From assembly GCA_051294375.1 (NCBI GenBank), contig CM119263.1, positions 15,788,532 to 15,852,531 on the forward strand: a stretch of DNA of 64,000 nt, written 5' to 3'. The translations under genes were made by a program, and so were the position numbers. This DNA comes from Paraspadella gotoi (lineage: Eukaryota > Animalia > Chaetognatha). Below the pieces are notes generated by a model. It ran no database searches. It was given only the letters and a program-made list of their open reading frames with translations, and was not told the origin of the DNA. Positions 28,706 to 41,908 of the stretch are shown piece by piece. The number at the start of each line of letters is the position of its first letter. Within the stretch, counting starts at the first letter, position 1.

Positions 28706-30162
28706 TCTCCTTCATCTCATACCTCTTTCACCTCGTTCCCTCTTTCGCTCCCTTCTCGTTCTCCTTCTCCTCCCTCCCTTCCGCCTTCATACATTCGAGT
28801 CCCATTTTTCGCCGTCTCGGATGCTGTAATGATTTTTCCTCTCATTAATCACCAGTAAAGGCCGTTTTCTCCATTTCCTTTCCTTTTTTTTTTCCTTATT
28901 TTTTTCGGATGTTTTTCATTCCTTTTTTTTTTCTCCCCGGTTTTCGTTTCTCGTTTTTCTTTCTCACTTTTGCCTTTTTCATAAAATGGCCGCGAGATGA
29001 GGTGGCGTCGTCGATTATGGCAACCCTGACGGTCTTGGACGCGCTGGGGGGCGGTGGCGGCGGTAGCATCGAAGCGGCGGTGGCGGCGGGAGACAGCGGA
29101 GGCGGCGGTGGCCGCGGCGGCGGCGACAGAGTCAATGATAATGAGAAATAAGAGATAATGTATTTTTTTCTCGGGAGTCGTGGCAGCAATAGAGAATTTT
29201 ATTTTCGGGGCCCTTCGAGGTTTCCGGTTTTATTTCGTTTTTTGTGACTCCAGTTCCCGTTTCTAGTTCACTCACTCACTCTCTCAATCGCTCACTCACT
29301 GACTTTTGTTTCCTTTTTAACCTTCCATTTTTAATCTCGACACCACGCACAACCTTCAACATTTCACATCACTCCCAAATTCTCCCACCCTTCACCTACC
29401 GCTCTCACCACAACTCTCCACCCTCATTCCCCCAACTCGACCGCAAAGTGTTTCGAGCGGCAGATCTCGTCGGATCTCGAGCGAGAACGATTAACGGGGT
29501 CCGCCTCGNNNNNNNNNNNNNNNNNNNNNNNNNTTTAAAATTCTAAAAGTGAAGGAACGAACAACATTATACTTATGAACATTTATGTATAAAAAAATTT
29601 ATAATAAATTTTACAATTTACGCAGTAGGCATATTTATACTAGTACTAAACCAATAAATTTTAAAATTTCAAAAACAGTTTTTTCTAAGATTTTTTGCAG
29701 ATTTGGATTCGTCATAAAAAAGTTGATAAAAAGAAATATAACTCTTTTTGAAAAATTCATTCATTAAGTGGGTCAAAAATTAGAAAAAGCTATATTTTAA
29801 ACTGAAATTTAACTTTTATATATATAATATAGTGTTTTTTTAAATTAATTTTAACCTATCTTAATGAAAGAATTTTTAAAAAATGAATATATTTTCTTTT
29901 ATCAACTTTTTGACGAGGAATTTCAAATCTGCAATCAAAATATAAATAAAAAAAGCCTATTTTGAAATTTTTCTGATTTATTTATAAGGATAGTACTATA
30001 TATATAATATAGCCTACTGCGAAAATTAAAAAACATAAAATTAATTTTTTTTACAAATTAATGTTCACTGATGGTATGTTGTTCATAATTGACTTTTAGA
30101 ATTTTTGTATGTAACTTTCACTACGCCTTAGTCCTCAGTCCACGTTTTCGGTGCCATAATCG

Positions 30163-30215
<53 letters not shown>

Positions 30216-30933
30216 CTCTCTTCTCTCCTTCTCCTTCATTTCATACCTCTTTCACCTCGTTCCCTCTTTCGCTCCCTTCTCGTTCTCTCTTCTCCTCCCT
30301 CCCTTCCGCCTTCATACATTCGAGTCCCATTTTTCGCCGTCTCGGATCTGTAATGATTTTTCCTCTCATTATCACCAGTTAAAGGCCGTTTTCTCCATTT
30401 CCTTTCCTTTTTTTTTTCCTTATTTTTTTCGGAATGTTTTTCATTCCCTTTTTTTTTTTCCCCGGTTTTTTCGTTTCTCGGTTTTTTTTTCTTTCTCACT
30501 TTTGCCTTTTTCATAAAATGGCCCGCGAGATGAGGTGGCGTCGTCGATTATGGCAACCCTGACGGTCTTGGACGCGCTGGGGGCGGTGGCGGCGGTAGCA
30601 TCGAAGCGGCGGTGGCGGGCGGAGACAGCGGAGGCGGCGGTGGCCCGGCGGGCGGGACGACGAGTCAATGATAATGAGAAATAAGAGATAATGTATTTTT
30701 TTCTCGGGAGTCGTGGCAGCAATAGAGAATTTTATTTTCGGGGCCCTTCGAGGTTTCCGGTTTATTTCGTTTTTTTGTGACTCCAGTTCCCGTTTCTAGT
30801 TCACTCACTCACTCTCTCAATCGCTCACTCACTGACTTTTGTTTCCTTTTTTACCTTCCATATTTAATTCTCGACACCACGCAACAACCTTCAACATTTC
30901 ACATCATACCCAAATTCTCCCACCCTTCACCTA
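28121..30933. repeat. Direct duplication of about 1.3 kb (28121-29398 versus 29638-30933) across a 25-N gap
   Basis: Near-identical sequence with indel noise; gap at 29509-29533. Confidence 0.93.
28124..28467. mobile_element. Foldback (near-palindromic) element nested in the hAT-like element; duplicate at about 29641-29998
   Basis: Arms pair over about 140 bp: TGCAGATTTGGATTC/GAATTCAAATCTGCA, AAAAGTTGATAAAA/TTTTATCAACTTTT, TTCATTAAGTGGGT/ACCTACTTAATGAA; ends TAGTACT/AGTACTA. Confidence 0.6.
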
Positions 30934-31441
30934 CGCCAGCCCGCCTCGCAGCCCGCTTCGCAGCCCGCCTCGCAGCCTGATTCGTAGCCCGCTTCGTAGC
31001 TCTCGCCTCGTAGCCCTGTTCGAAGCCCGCTTCGTTGCCCGGGCAGTCCTTTCCACCTACCCATCTATTCCTTCCTTCCTTACTCTTCCTACACAAATTT
31101 TGACCCGCTCTTTCTCATCCGTCTTTCACTTTAATGGTATCATGTCGGCCCTTTGCTACTCCTTTACTGCCCTTCCTCCCACACACCCCAGCTTTCCACC
31201 AACCCTCTCAGGCTCCCACTCCCCCCCATCATCCTCCGTCCCGCGGATCCATTTCTTTCCCCCAAAGTCTCATCTTTCCTCGTAGCCTCGTCGCTTCCCT
31301 CTTTCCCGTCAATTACTTCGCATTATCCTCGCCGAAATCCGGGCTCCCGCTAATCTCCTCCACCGCTCGCTCTCACGCGGTGGTCCGAGTTTGCCCAATG
31401 CCCACTCCCACGTCCTATCTCGCCCAATCTCATCCACTGAC

Positions 31442-31688
31442 CAATTTTATCCGGTTTGCTTTCTCAAAGTCATCTTTGTTCTTTTGCTCCACAGACCTCG
31501 TCCACAGTTCAATCTTCTTAAACCCACTTCGCCCGATCCGAATTGAGATCTCCCCAAGCATAATCCCACTCAGGGTCCCATCTTCCTCGCTTGGGTCGCT
31601 CTCCTTTTGGGATCCCGAAATGACCCTTGGGCATCGGGAGGGCACGAAATGATTTTCCCCGCAGGAGAATATATGGGCGTTGTTGTAG
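31442..31688 (-). CDS. Candidate exon of an unidentified minus-strand gene
   Basis: caacAG acceptor, 82 open codons (YNNAHIFSCGENHFVPSRCPRV...KDDFEKANRIKL), donor GTCAGT; in phase with an upstream mini-exon ATGGCAAG|GTGAGT at 32345-32338. No family recognised. Confidence 0.3.
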
Positions 31689-32282
31689 CTGTTGTGATTG
31701 TAGTAGCCAGGAAAATAATTAAAACATCCTTTTTGTGGTTTTTGTGTTTATTTATTTATATTTATCATCTTGTACAGTACAGGTACAGGTACAATACAGG
31801 TTCGGTTGCGCCATGTTCTGAATCGCTCAACGCCTGTGGCTGTGGAGAAAGCATTGCGCCCCTCTCTCTCTTCCTCTCTTTCTGTCTCTCTCTCTCTTTC
31901 TATCCTTTGTTAAAGTATTTAAAGTTTTTCAACATCAAAGTTTTTTTCGTTTAAGAACAATTTATTTTGATGTAAAAATTACGTGAGTGTGAAAAATTTA
32001 CGAAGCGAGAAGTATATTTATTATTAAACAGCACGAAAAAAATATATGTTAAAATTCAGTTGTTTTTTTTGCAATGATCGCTAGATGGGGTGCCATAGCA
32101 AAGGTTTTGTTTATTTTTCAAAGCCAGGTGAAAGGTTTATTTATTTGTTTTATTGATGTTGTTTACAAGAAATAAGCAGTTTCGAACAATGTCCTCTAAC
32201 CTTCGCACTTTTGGCTTTTTAATAATTCTCTCACTTAAACGCCCTCTACGCCTCTTCCTCTTGACCCCCTTATTCTTCTTTA

Positions 32283-32333
<51 letters not shown>

Positions 32334-32337
32334 TCAC

Positions 32338-32373
32338 CTTGCCATCGGTGTGTAAACCAAATCGGTTTTTCAT
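32338..32373 (-). CDS. Candidate first coding exon of the unidentified minus-strand gene (ATG at 32373 or 32345)
   Basis: Consensus donor AAG|GTGAGT followed by intronic (GA)n; CpG-containing upstream region with CCGGAA motif. Confidence 0.25.
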
Positions 32374-32914
32374 GTGGCGACAAACCGGAAATGTCAGGTC
32401 ATCCGGGTTTTTCGTTTGACGCGCAGATTAAATTTTGGCGTCTCGACAAAGAATGAGTAACGAGACTTTGGGAAGCCAAGCGTGAAGCACCCGCGAAAGT
32501 AGTAAATACCACCCAGGGAGAAAGAGCGCGGGAAGGTGGTAAATGCCAAGTGCCCGAATTTGGAGATTAACGCCTCCGAGGAAAGGTGGTAAATGCCGGC
32601 GTTGAAGCATTCACGACCGGACGAAGTAATCGGCGCATATTATGCTAAGATTGTAAAAGCCGTCTGCTTTTAAAACTAAAATATAAAATAGAATGGGTTG
32701 TTAACTTTTCACTTTGATCGGGCCTACCTGAGAAGGTGTGTTAGGGACAATGTTGTCCATTGTTCACTTTGAGAAAGAGTGGTGTGTGGGAATGAGAAGG
32801 AAAGAGTCTTCCCCATTTCGATTCTCTTTCTCGCAACAAAACAGTTACACATGTCGCGTGAGTCTGTATTCTGTTTTCTGTTTACGCGCGGCCTTTGCAC
32901 CTCCGCTCCATCCG

Positions 32915-32946
<32 letters not shown>

Positions 32947-33884
32947 ATCTCTATCTCTCTCTCTCTCTTCTCTCTCTCCTTCTCTCTCTCTCTCATACTT
33001 TTAAATGTCGGCGTCTCTTCTTTTTTTTCGGAAATGAATTTTCGAGTTCGCCACTCGATGCCCTTCCTTTGTGTCGGCGCTCTCCTTCTCCCCCGGCGCG
33101 ATTTTTTGTCTTGGCGCCCATCCTTGACTCGGCGTCATTCCTTGACTCTAGGTCTTTGACAATGGGGCGCCGTCCCGTGACTCTCGACTTCCCCGATTCG
33201 TGGATGTAGCTTCAGTGCTGCTGCAGTTACTTACGCCGTCAAAACGTTTTTGCTGCGCTGAATGTCTCATTTCGCTAACAAACCGCAACGCCGTTACGCG
33301 TATAATCGTGTCGCCTCCTTTCATTATATCCCGGAGCCGCGACGCCTTTGTATCGCGCGCCGGGCGCCGAAATTTTCCGACGTCGCCGCGTCGTCAGAGA
33401 GCTTGGCGTCGTTTTCCTTGACGTTTATTGCGTTCGTCGCCAAAGAAAAAAATGGAGAACAAATCACTTTTCGTTTCTCTTAATTTCAAAAGAAAAACGA
33501 AAACATCTCCTGTTTTCACTCTTGAGGCAAAAAAATAAAACTTTCAGAGGAATAATAAGTACTCCCAGTTTAAAAGGGAAAGGAAAAATGAACTATTCGT
33601 GCTACGAACGCTTGCATGAAAATTAAAATGTAGAATTTTTTTATTTTTTTGCATTTTTGGGGGAATTGGGTTGAGAGAAAAACCCACATTTCGTTCTCCG
33701 ACGTAATAAAATTTTGCAATTCGAAAATCTAATTTAAAAAAATTTAATTTCGTGAATAGCAAGGGAAAAAATGGCAGAAAAAGAGAAAGGAAAAAAAGGA
33801 AGAAATGGGAAGGAAAGGAGGCGAGAAAAAAATGACCTCGACTTCCCCTGGGAACATGATGGTCATCATTACCAAAAACCGTCT

Positions 33885-33948
<64 letters not shown>

Positions 33949-34561
33949 TCTCTCTTTCTCTCTCTCTCCATCCTCTGACTTGCAAATAACCCATTCGTCC
34001 TGAAGAGCCAGACTGGCAAAAGTCAAACCTGTAAGCCAACGGTGACGCAGAGATAGAATTTCGTTTACCGTTCGAACGTTTTAAACTACCCGTTGAGGTT
34101 TACTTCGAGAGTTGCAAACGATTTAGTTTGTTATATTGTTTTTAAAAAAAGTTAGGCTGACCGCAAAAGTCTGATGATTGCCATGATAGACTCGGAATGC
34201 CTCTTCATCGCCGAAGCCTAAACTCTCGTCTGAGCGAAGCGAGTTAAAGAAAAAAAAAGAAACTTTGGAAATGAAGAGTTTGAATAAACGTTCTCTTCGC
34301 GCTCAGTTGACGCGAGACAAAGACAAACAAAATCGGCCTTTCAATTTTGGCGCGCGACTCATGATTTCTTTCTTCTTCTTCATTCGTCTTTCATTCCGAA
34401 TTTTTTGCATCGAAATTCTTCGCCAGAGACTCGAGACGCGACCGCCTTCCTTTGAAGAGACGCAGCTTCCAAACGCATGGCAGCGAGGTCATCCTCTTTC
34501 CGACTGGATACTCTCGCTCGCTTTCTTTTTTGTTCTCCCTTTCGCTCTCGTTTTCTCTCTT

Positions 34562-34693
34562 TCTCCATTCTCCAATATGAATCTTATTAGTTGACACTTG
34601 AAGATTGTAGTCTTTCTCCAAGNNNNNNNNNNTCTCCATTCTCCAATATGTATCTTATTAGTTGACACTTGAAGACTGTAGTCTTTCTCCAAG
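34562..34693. repeat. 61-bp direct duplication flanking a 10-N gap, two substitutions
   Basis: 34562-34622 versus 34633-34693. Confidence 0.9.
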
Positions 34694-35954
34694 CTTTAAA
34701 CGTGATCAGAATCTTTAAACAGTCGCGATGCCGCGTAACTTCGATATTGCAATATTAGCACGAGGCTCGTCTAAACTTGGTATAAATGATATATATATAT
34801 ATATGTATTATCTCTGTTTCCTTACTACTGTCAAAAATATTTCCCTCCCGAGGTCGCAACATAAAATAGAGTTTACCTTTAAAATTTAATACTCAGAAAA
34901 CAAAATGATTTCAACTTTTTAAACTACGAATTCAATAAACGTGAAAACGTACAGCGTTTTTTCGATTTAACTCCCTCATCGCTTTGAAAACAAATATCTT
35001 ATCAAAAATTCTCTTTGGCCGCGACGAAAGAAAACAAACATGAAATTGAACTTGGTCGTCCCCCGGAGGCGTTGACGTTGTCGTCGTTATTGAAGTTGTT
35101 ATGGTTGGCATCTCGCGGCGTCGGCTTTTTCGTCGTCGTCGGCGTCGGCCCATCGATGCGCCACAAATCTGAGGCGATTTGCTCCGTTTTTATGTCGCAA
35201 CTAAATTCAGTTGAGAAAACAAGTTACAAACAAACTCGAGCCTCATTCTTTTTTCCTCTCGCGTTTGAACATATTTTTTTCTCTCTACGAAAAATTTTGA
35301 TCTGCTTCTTTGTTGAGCGTGGTTGAAAGGGGAGCGTAAATCTGGGGAGTGGAAATCGTAGGAGCAGTTCAGAGGAAATAGAAGGAAAATTGTTCGAAAA
35401 GGACATTACTGGGGCAGGAAATCAATCTTTATACGAGTTGTAATCGAAACTGCAGAATGCAAATCATAACGGCCGCTTCATTTGTAATTGTGAACTCGAA
35501 AATATCGCGTGACGCGATGCACTGGAGCAGAATTTGAAATCGAAGATTCCGAGCTTTAGTGAAGCCGACATCAAAGGAGAAAAAATATGATCGGAAATCT
35601 GGATAGCGATGTGTATATAGGAAGGAGGAGAGGGAGGAAGAGGAAGAGNNNNNNNNNNNNNNNNNNNNNNNNNTAGAATAAACAGAGAAATGAATGAAAA
35701 AAGAAAACAGCAGAGAAAAAAAAGAAAAGGCAAAATAGAAAAAGAAAAAGAAAAAGGAAAAAGAGACATACTACGAGACAAGAAAACAAAGAGAAATAAC
35801 GATAGATTTATTGAAAAGGGGGAAAAAAAAACCTAAGCTGAAAATGCGGAGAAAAGTGTGGAACAAGAAAAAAAAAATAGGGATAATTGAAAAGAAATGG
35901 GGAGAAAATATGAAGGTAAGGAGAGAGAGAGGAGGGAGTAAAGAGAAAACTTAC

Positions 35955-37150
35955 TTGGCCCGGAGTGACGGATATTTGATCACTCAATTTTTTATGTGCT
36001 GCGATGGAGGTGATCAGTCGGTTCCAGGGGCTTAGCGGTTCTGAGATGGAATATGGGAAAAAGGAGAGAAGAAACGCATCAACGTAAAGCAATGAGACCA
36101 GACGGTTTTATCATAAAAGGGTACTTGGCTGAAAACTGCGCTGTGGAAATAAGTAGAATTAGCGAATTAATATCATTTTTCATCATGTCAATTGTTAAGA
36201 CGACGGAATAACCGAGACGAGACAAAACGCCGACAACGTAGTCCGTTAGTTGAATGCGGCCTTGTGGAAATTCATTGAATCTTGGTGGCGACATCAACCA
36301 CTGGAGGCAATCGAGAGGTGGGTGAGAAGGTGAAGAGTGTGAGAGGGCGTGGGGTGAAAGGGTGAGAAGGGAGGATCACAGTTTGGTGAGGCGAGAAGGA
36401 GTGGATGATGGTATCAAGGGAGGCGACAGCGAAATCCCCAAAGTAAAGACTTAAATTTCGAAGGAAATCGACTCCGCGGGAGAAGAGGAAAGATTGATGG
36501 ATGAAAGGATCGCAAAGATGGATGGAAAGAAGAATGGAGGAATGGATGATTGGATCGGGTATGTTTCTGACGAACAAAGATACAAAACTCCCAATGACTT
36601 GAAGGCCGATGCGTCTTGGTCGCGCTTGACGTACCCGTTGACCACGAGGTTGCATCTGTAGCTCTCCCTCGTTGTCGACGACCAAATCGCGAGATGCGGA
36701 GAGACCAATCGGGCGAAGAAAGGGTCGGGGTCACGAAAGGGTCAGGTGTGGATCGGGTTGGACGAGAGATGGATCTATGGAAGGGCGGGTGAGGGAAGAA
36801 GGGAGGTGGGACAAAATCGCGAATCGCTATCTTGATAGAGATTATCCACTTGAGGGTAATAACTACTCAATCTACTATAATCGAGAATATATTTGTGGTC
36901 AATTTTTATTAGATTTCACCCATATCCTCCCTTGGCCCCCAGCCCCGATCTTTTTAACTCCAAAAACCCACGTCACTCACCTTTGGTCTCGTAGGTGAGC
37001 ATAGGAAAGTCCGGCCCCGATCCACTGGACGAGCAAGTGTCGGCGACGTCGCAATTGATTGATGACGCAGCGAAGATTCAACCGTTTCGAATTCTCGGTG
37101 GGCGTGGCGATCGGGGCCCTGTGATGAGGGAAGGGGGCGAGGGGGAATTC
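35955..37150 (-). other. Frameshifted inverted copy of the first three nephrin-like exons (probably assembly duplicate, not a pseudogene)
   Basis: Reverse complement of 52437-53624 with scattered 1-bp indels; lies in a block that starts at a 25-N gap. Confidence 0.75.
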
Positions 37151-37559
37151 GAGAGCGCTTGGAAAAGGGGCAAAAAAGGAGATAACAAGAAGAGGGAGGA
37201 TGGTCAGCAATTCCGATAGAAAATTGGGGAGGGGATTAAGAAAAACGTTTGTATTATTACATATGGGCATAGTATTCCTTGTTGTTTGAGGTATTGGAGA
37301 AAACAGTTTGTGCAGATTATTTAAATTAGCAATTTCGGCTCTTTCACTTAGAGCCTTTAGTGTTCTCCAATGAGGGAAACTCCAGGTTTTAATACAGACT
37401 TTATTCTAATTCTCCGTTTGACGCCAGAGTTTGCCAGACCGACCGACAATCATCCGATGCCCGTAGAGTGACCAATCCGTTCTCTTTAGAACCGCAATTC
37501 ATCTTAAGATATTGTGGGAATCCTAATTCGCCTCCGTATACCATGCTTGGTGAAACACA

Positions 37560-37768
37560 GCTCGTCCTATTGGCTTGGACAGCTAAGTACTCGCTTCACC
37601 AACCGTGATTTCCGGGTTCAATCTCCTAACGGTCGCGCTGGTTAAAGTGTGATGCTGTCGGCTTAACCACGCCAGTGACATGGGCGTGGTCACTGCAATC
37701 CAAAGCCCTGAGCGCCAGCTGTCGGGACATGCCTCACACCCCAGGCATCACACATGTCTCCCCGTTGC
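37560..37768 (+). mobile_element. SINE, duplicate of 51928-52135 inside the inverted block
   Basis: Same element with identical flanks. Confidence 0.65.
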
Positions 37769-38654
37769 TTAATATCCTCATTCTTTTTTCTCTCTCTCTC
37801 TATTTTAATTCTCCGATGGAAACAAAGGAAGAAAATAAAGATATTCGCGGACGAGAATTCATCCAGATTATTTTTCATTTTTTTTTTTGTTTCGTCTCAC
37901 AAAATCCTCAGAGAGACGCGATCGAGAACAAATGGAAATTTCGATTCCTTATCCGTCAGTTTATAAACATGGCGGGAAAACGTGATTTGGAGGAAAGATG
38001 AAGAGATGAGGATGACGATTGACGAGGGAACTTGTAACGAATATCTTTATCTATTTCTTGCTTTTTTGAGAAAAAAATATTTTAACAAAATAATCGCAAT
38101 AATCAATTGACACGTTGGAAAATTGAGGAAAAAAAAGGAATTAAAAATAAAGGAAAATCCGCTTTCTCACCCCCCCCCCCGATTCCTCGTTATTTCTGTC
38201 AACGATGTCCGTTCCGTCTTGTTGTCTCGCTCATTATTCCGACGACGACAACAACAACAACAACAACAATCAAGGGTTGTTGAGTCAAACGTCTCGGAGA
38301 ATTCTTCCTTCCTCATAAGTTTGAGTTTCGCTTCGGCGTCGGAAGGACGAATATCTGATGGAGGAAGACATTCTCTGATTTGCGAGATTCGAGCGAAAGG
38401 GAAACGAAGACGAACGAAGGGACGATTGTCTCTTTTTTTTTCTGCTTTTTTACGCGGTCGTCACGTGACTGCGGTAATCTTAATGCGAAATGGGCATAAT
38501 GTTCAACGAAATACGTTTGTATAATTTAAAAAAAAGGAAAATTGCTCGGAGAGGAAACAAAAGCCTACAAATTGTAAGAACTAAGAAGTATTAACTTCTG
38601 ATTTCTAATCAGGAACAAAGCTCTCTCTCTCTCTCTCTCTCTTCTCTCTTCTCT

Positions 38655-38703
<49 letters not shown>

Positions 38704-40242
38704 TAATCATTTTAACCCTGAATATTTGCATTTAAATCATCCCCGCTTCAAATTGAAGTCGGAATTAGAAGGAGCGCCGATGCGATGAGGTTTATATTAA
38801 AAAGGGAATACGAGATTGAGGGAGGACGGCGGCGAGGCGGAAGAGCTTCGTGTATTTCTTCTCATCTCTTCCTTTCTTTTTTTTTTTTTTTGTGCTGTCC
38901 TTGTCGCTTTCTTGTCTTTTTTTTTCGTCTTGTTTGTCTCCTTTTTCTTCCTCTTAGTCGATTCCGTGTCTCATCTGTTTCTCAAGATCGAACGCGTCTC
39001 GGCCCGAACAGATGCCGAGATATATTTTCGCTCCCCCCCCTTCCCCCCGAGGTCTCTGATTTCGCGTTATCTCTACTGCCTCTTCTCCTCCTCTCCCTTT
39101 TCCTATTTTTCACGCCCTTGCTTGATCGGCCATTAGGTAATCTCATCTCTCCTTTGACATATCATCCTCTCACCCACCCGGTCCCATCCCATTATCATTT
39201 TCATGTTATCCTGATTTATTTCACTCAATTTTATTCGCCGCGTTATTCTTTTATGAGATCTTTGTACCATTTTTTTTTTAAAATTCATTTTTATTGGTAG
39301 GCGATTGTGTTTTCTATCTCTCTCTCTCTCTCCCGGTTGTCCGTTTGTTTCAGTCGGTCGATTCATGCGCGCGCGACTGTCGAGACCAGTCGTGCGAACA
39401 TGCGTCACTGACACCGGACTCTGGCGGTTGAAAACGTGACAAGCGGGGAAAAAGAATAACAAGGCTCGGCGTTTCGCTTTCAACTTTCAACAAAGAGCGA
39501 CGCTTCAGTGGGCAGATCGAGAAATTAAAAAAAATCAGATTTTTAAGTCAAAAAAAAAAAAAAAGAAAAAAAAAAACTGGAAGAGAACAACGGGTTTTCT
39601 TTCAATGCATGAATGAATGAATAAATGGATGAATGAATTAATGAAGGAAAAGAAGGATTTTTTTTTCCGGAGGGTCGTTTTAATCTTGGTTCCAATGATG
39701 TGCCATATGGTTTAAAATGATATTTTATCTAGGGATAATAAATCTGAATACGCATTCAAAAACATCCCACCGACCTCCCGATTGATGGGGAAGTCGGTTA
39801 CGTAAAGTGGTCCCATAATTTGACCACTGAATTATTGACTACCGAATTACATACCCTAATAATTACTACCACTTACAACCCTAAATAATTAGATACTCTC
39901 ACAAACTTTTGTAGACTGAAGTGAATGAGACGATCCAGCGAGGAACACCTTTTGTTTAGACCCCGTCTTCATCGCACCTCCATCGGCCATCTAACCATCC
40001 CCATCACATCCCCATCACAAGCGCCCGAACGAAGGTTCACTGTCCGGTTCCACTCACGCGCCTTCTTTTCGCTTTCACGCTCTTCGCTTAACATTACGTT
40101 CCACGATTCGCAGATTCGCTCCTCGGTTCACGATTCACGCTTTCCATTTCTATTTTACAATCCTCGACTAGCAATTTTCCACTTCCGTCCACGATTTATG
40201 ATTCGCCCGTTTCCGTCCCTCTCTCCTCTCCTCTCTCTGTCC

Positions 40243-40320
<78 letters not shown>

Positions 40321-41819
40321 TCTCTCTCTCTTCTCTCTCTACTCTCTTCTCTCTTCGTACTTCTACTCTATTCAAAAATTTCGTTTCCGCGTTTTTCTTT
40401 TTATAAACCCGACGAAGGGGAAACAAAATTCTGATTTTGAGGGTTCAAGAATCGCGAGTCGTGAAAAAAGTGTGGGGGCGGGGGGGGGGAGGAGTCTAAA
40501 AATAGAAAAAAGTATGGAAGGGAAATCGGGTCGTAATAACAAAAAGGGGAAGGAGGGTGAAAAATGGAATAAGAAAATAATCTAGGAAGCAGACGGAAAC
40601 GTAGATGAAAAAAAAAATAAAAGAGAGAATGGAAGGGATTAAATAGAGAGATGGAGAAAAGGAGAATTCGCGAGATCAGGGCCGAAATGGAAATTGGAAT
40701 GAGAATTGTTAGGGTGGAAAAAAAAGGAATAAGTGAGGAAGGATGAGAGCGTTGAACGAATGGGGAGAGAATTGGAAAGAGTTCAATCGGGAGAATGGAA
40801 TGAGAACAGTTCAATCGGAGAAGCAGTTCCGGAGATGCGAGAGATGGAAAGAAAGCAATGAGTAGAAAGAGAATTATGCAAGGAAAGAGAAAGATTCGGA
40901 CAGTCGTGTGTTTAGTGTGTTGTCGAAAGGGGACAGGGAAGAGTGGCATCTCTGTCGCTCGAAGTGACAACAACAATTCTTGCTCCATTTTTAAAAGTTC
41001 GATCGTGCGCGGCGAAGACTCCGAGGAAAACGAAATTTGTAAAACGCATTAAAGTTAAAAAATAATAAATACTGTTTTCGATACATTGTGAAATAACTTA
41101 CAATAAGTCCGCCGGAATATATTACAAATGCTTAAGAAGATATTTGTATAAGCAACACGAATCATGTCTCAAAAATATCGTCAAAATTTCAACTCATCGT
41201 CCCTCACTTTTTCTCTTCGTCGGCCCTTACCTAATCTGGTTTCACCCTCGATAGCCACAACAGAAATAGACGAAACTTGGCCGCTAATCCCTTTGATCGC
41301 GTTCACGCCTTCGCGCGTCCTCGCCGTCATCCAACCCTTCACATTTCCTTCACAGTTCACGCTTCGACGCCGGAGGCAAAAAAAAAAAAAAAGAAATTTC
41401 CGCGGCGCCTGGTTTGTTTTTTTTTTTTGCTCGAGCGCCTACGGTGTTTTGTTTTTTTGTCCGGCGCCTGGTGAGTTCACTTGATCAAAGTCTTGACGAT
41501 TTTCACACGACATTCAAACATTGCAGGTTTATCATTGCATCGACTGAGTATTTATTATTTATGAATGTGAAAGGCGAAAACCATTTAAGTTACGTAATAG
41601 CCGTTCTTCTTGTGAACGTCGATTACAGAACAACAACCAAAAACAACAACAACAACAATTGAAAGGAGGGCAGACTCTATATCTTTTATTAATTCCACAA
41701 AAAGGAAAAAAAAATAAGTTGATTCTTGCCGTCGTACGCTCGCTCGCGTACTCCCCCCATTACATTCTTTGTGCCAGACAACGATCGGCGCTATCGAAAT
41801 CCTGACAACTCGCTAAAGA

Positions 41820-41908
<89 letters not shown>

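Noticed and set aside
25717-28980. Possible non-canonical GA/GC/GG splice donors on candidate minus-strand exons
   Set aside because: The exons themselves are unverified, and all 11 donors of the well-supported gene are GT
28986-29151. GC-rich poly-Gly/poly-Pro ORF (minus-strand KTVRVAIIDD motif)
   Set aside because: Mostly (GGC)n repeat; only a weak GC donor; no recognisable family
31134-31700. Plus-strand ORF as the 3' end of a LINE
   Set aside because: No RT or intact zinc-knuckle motif; the minus-strand exon reading fits better
32496-32597. CRISPR-like repeat-spacer array
   Set aside because: Only three 15-bp repeats with unequal spacers, eukaryotic context, no cas genes
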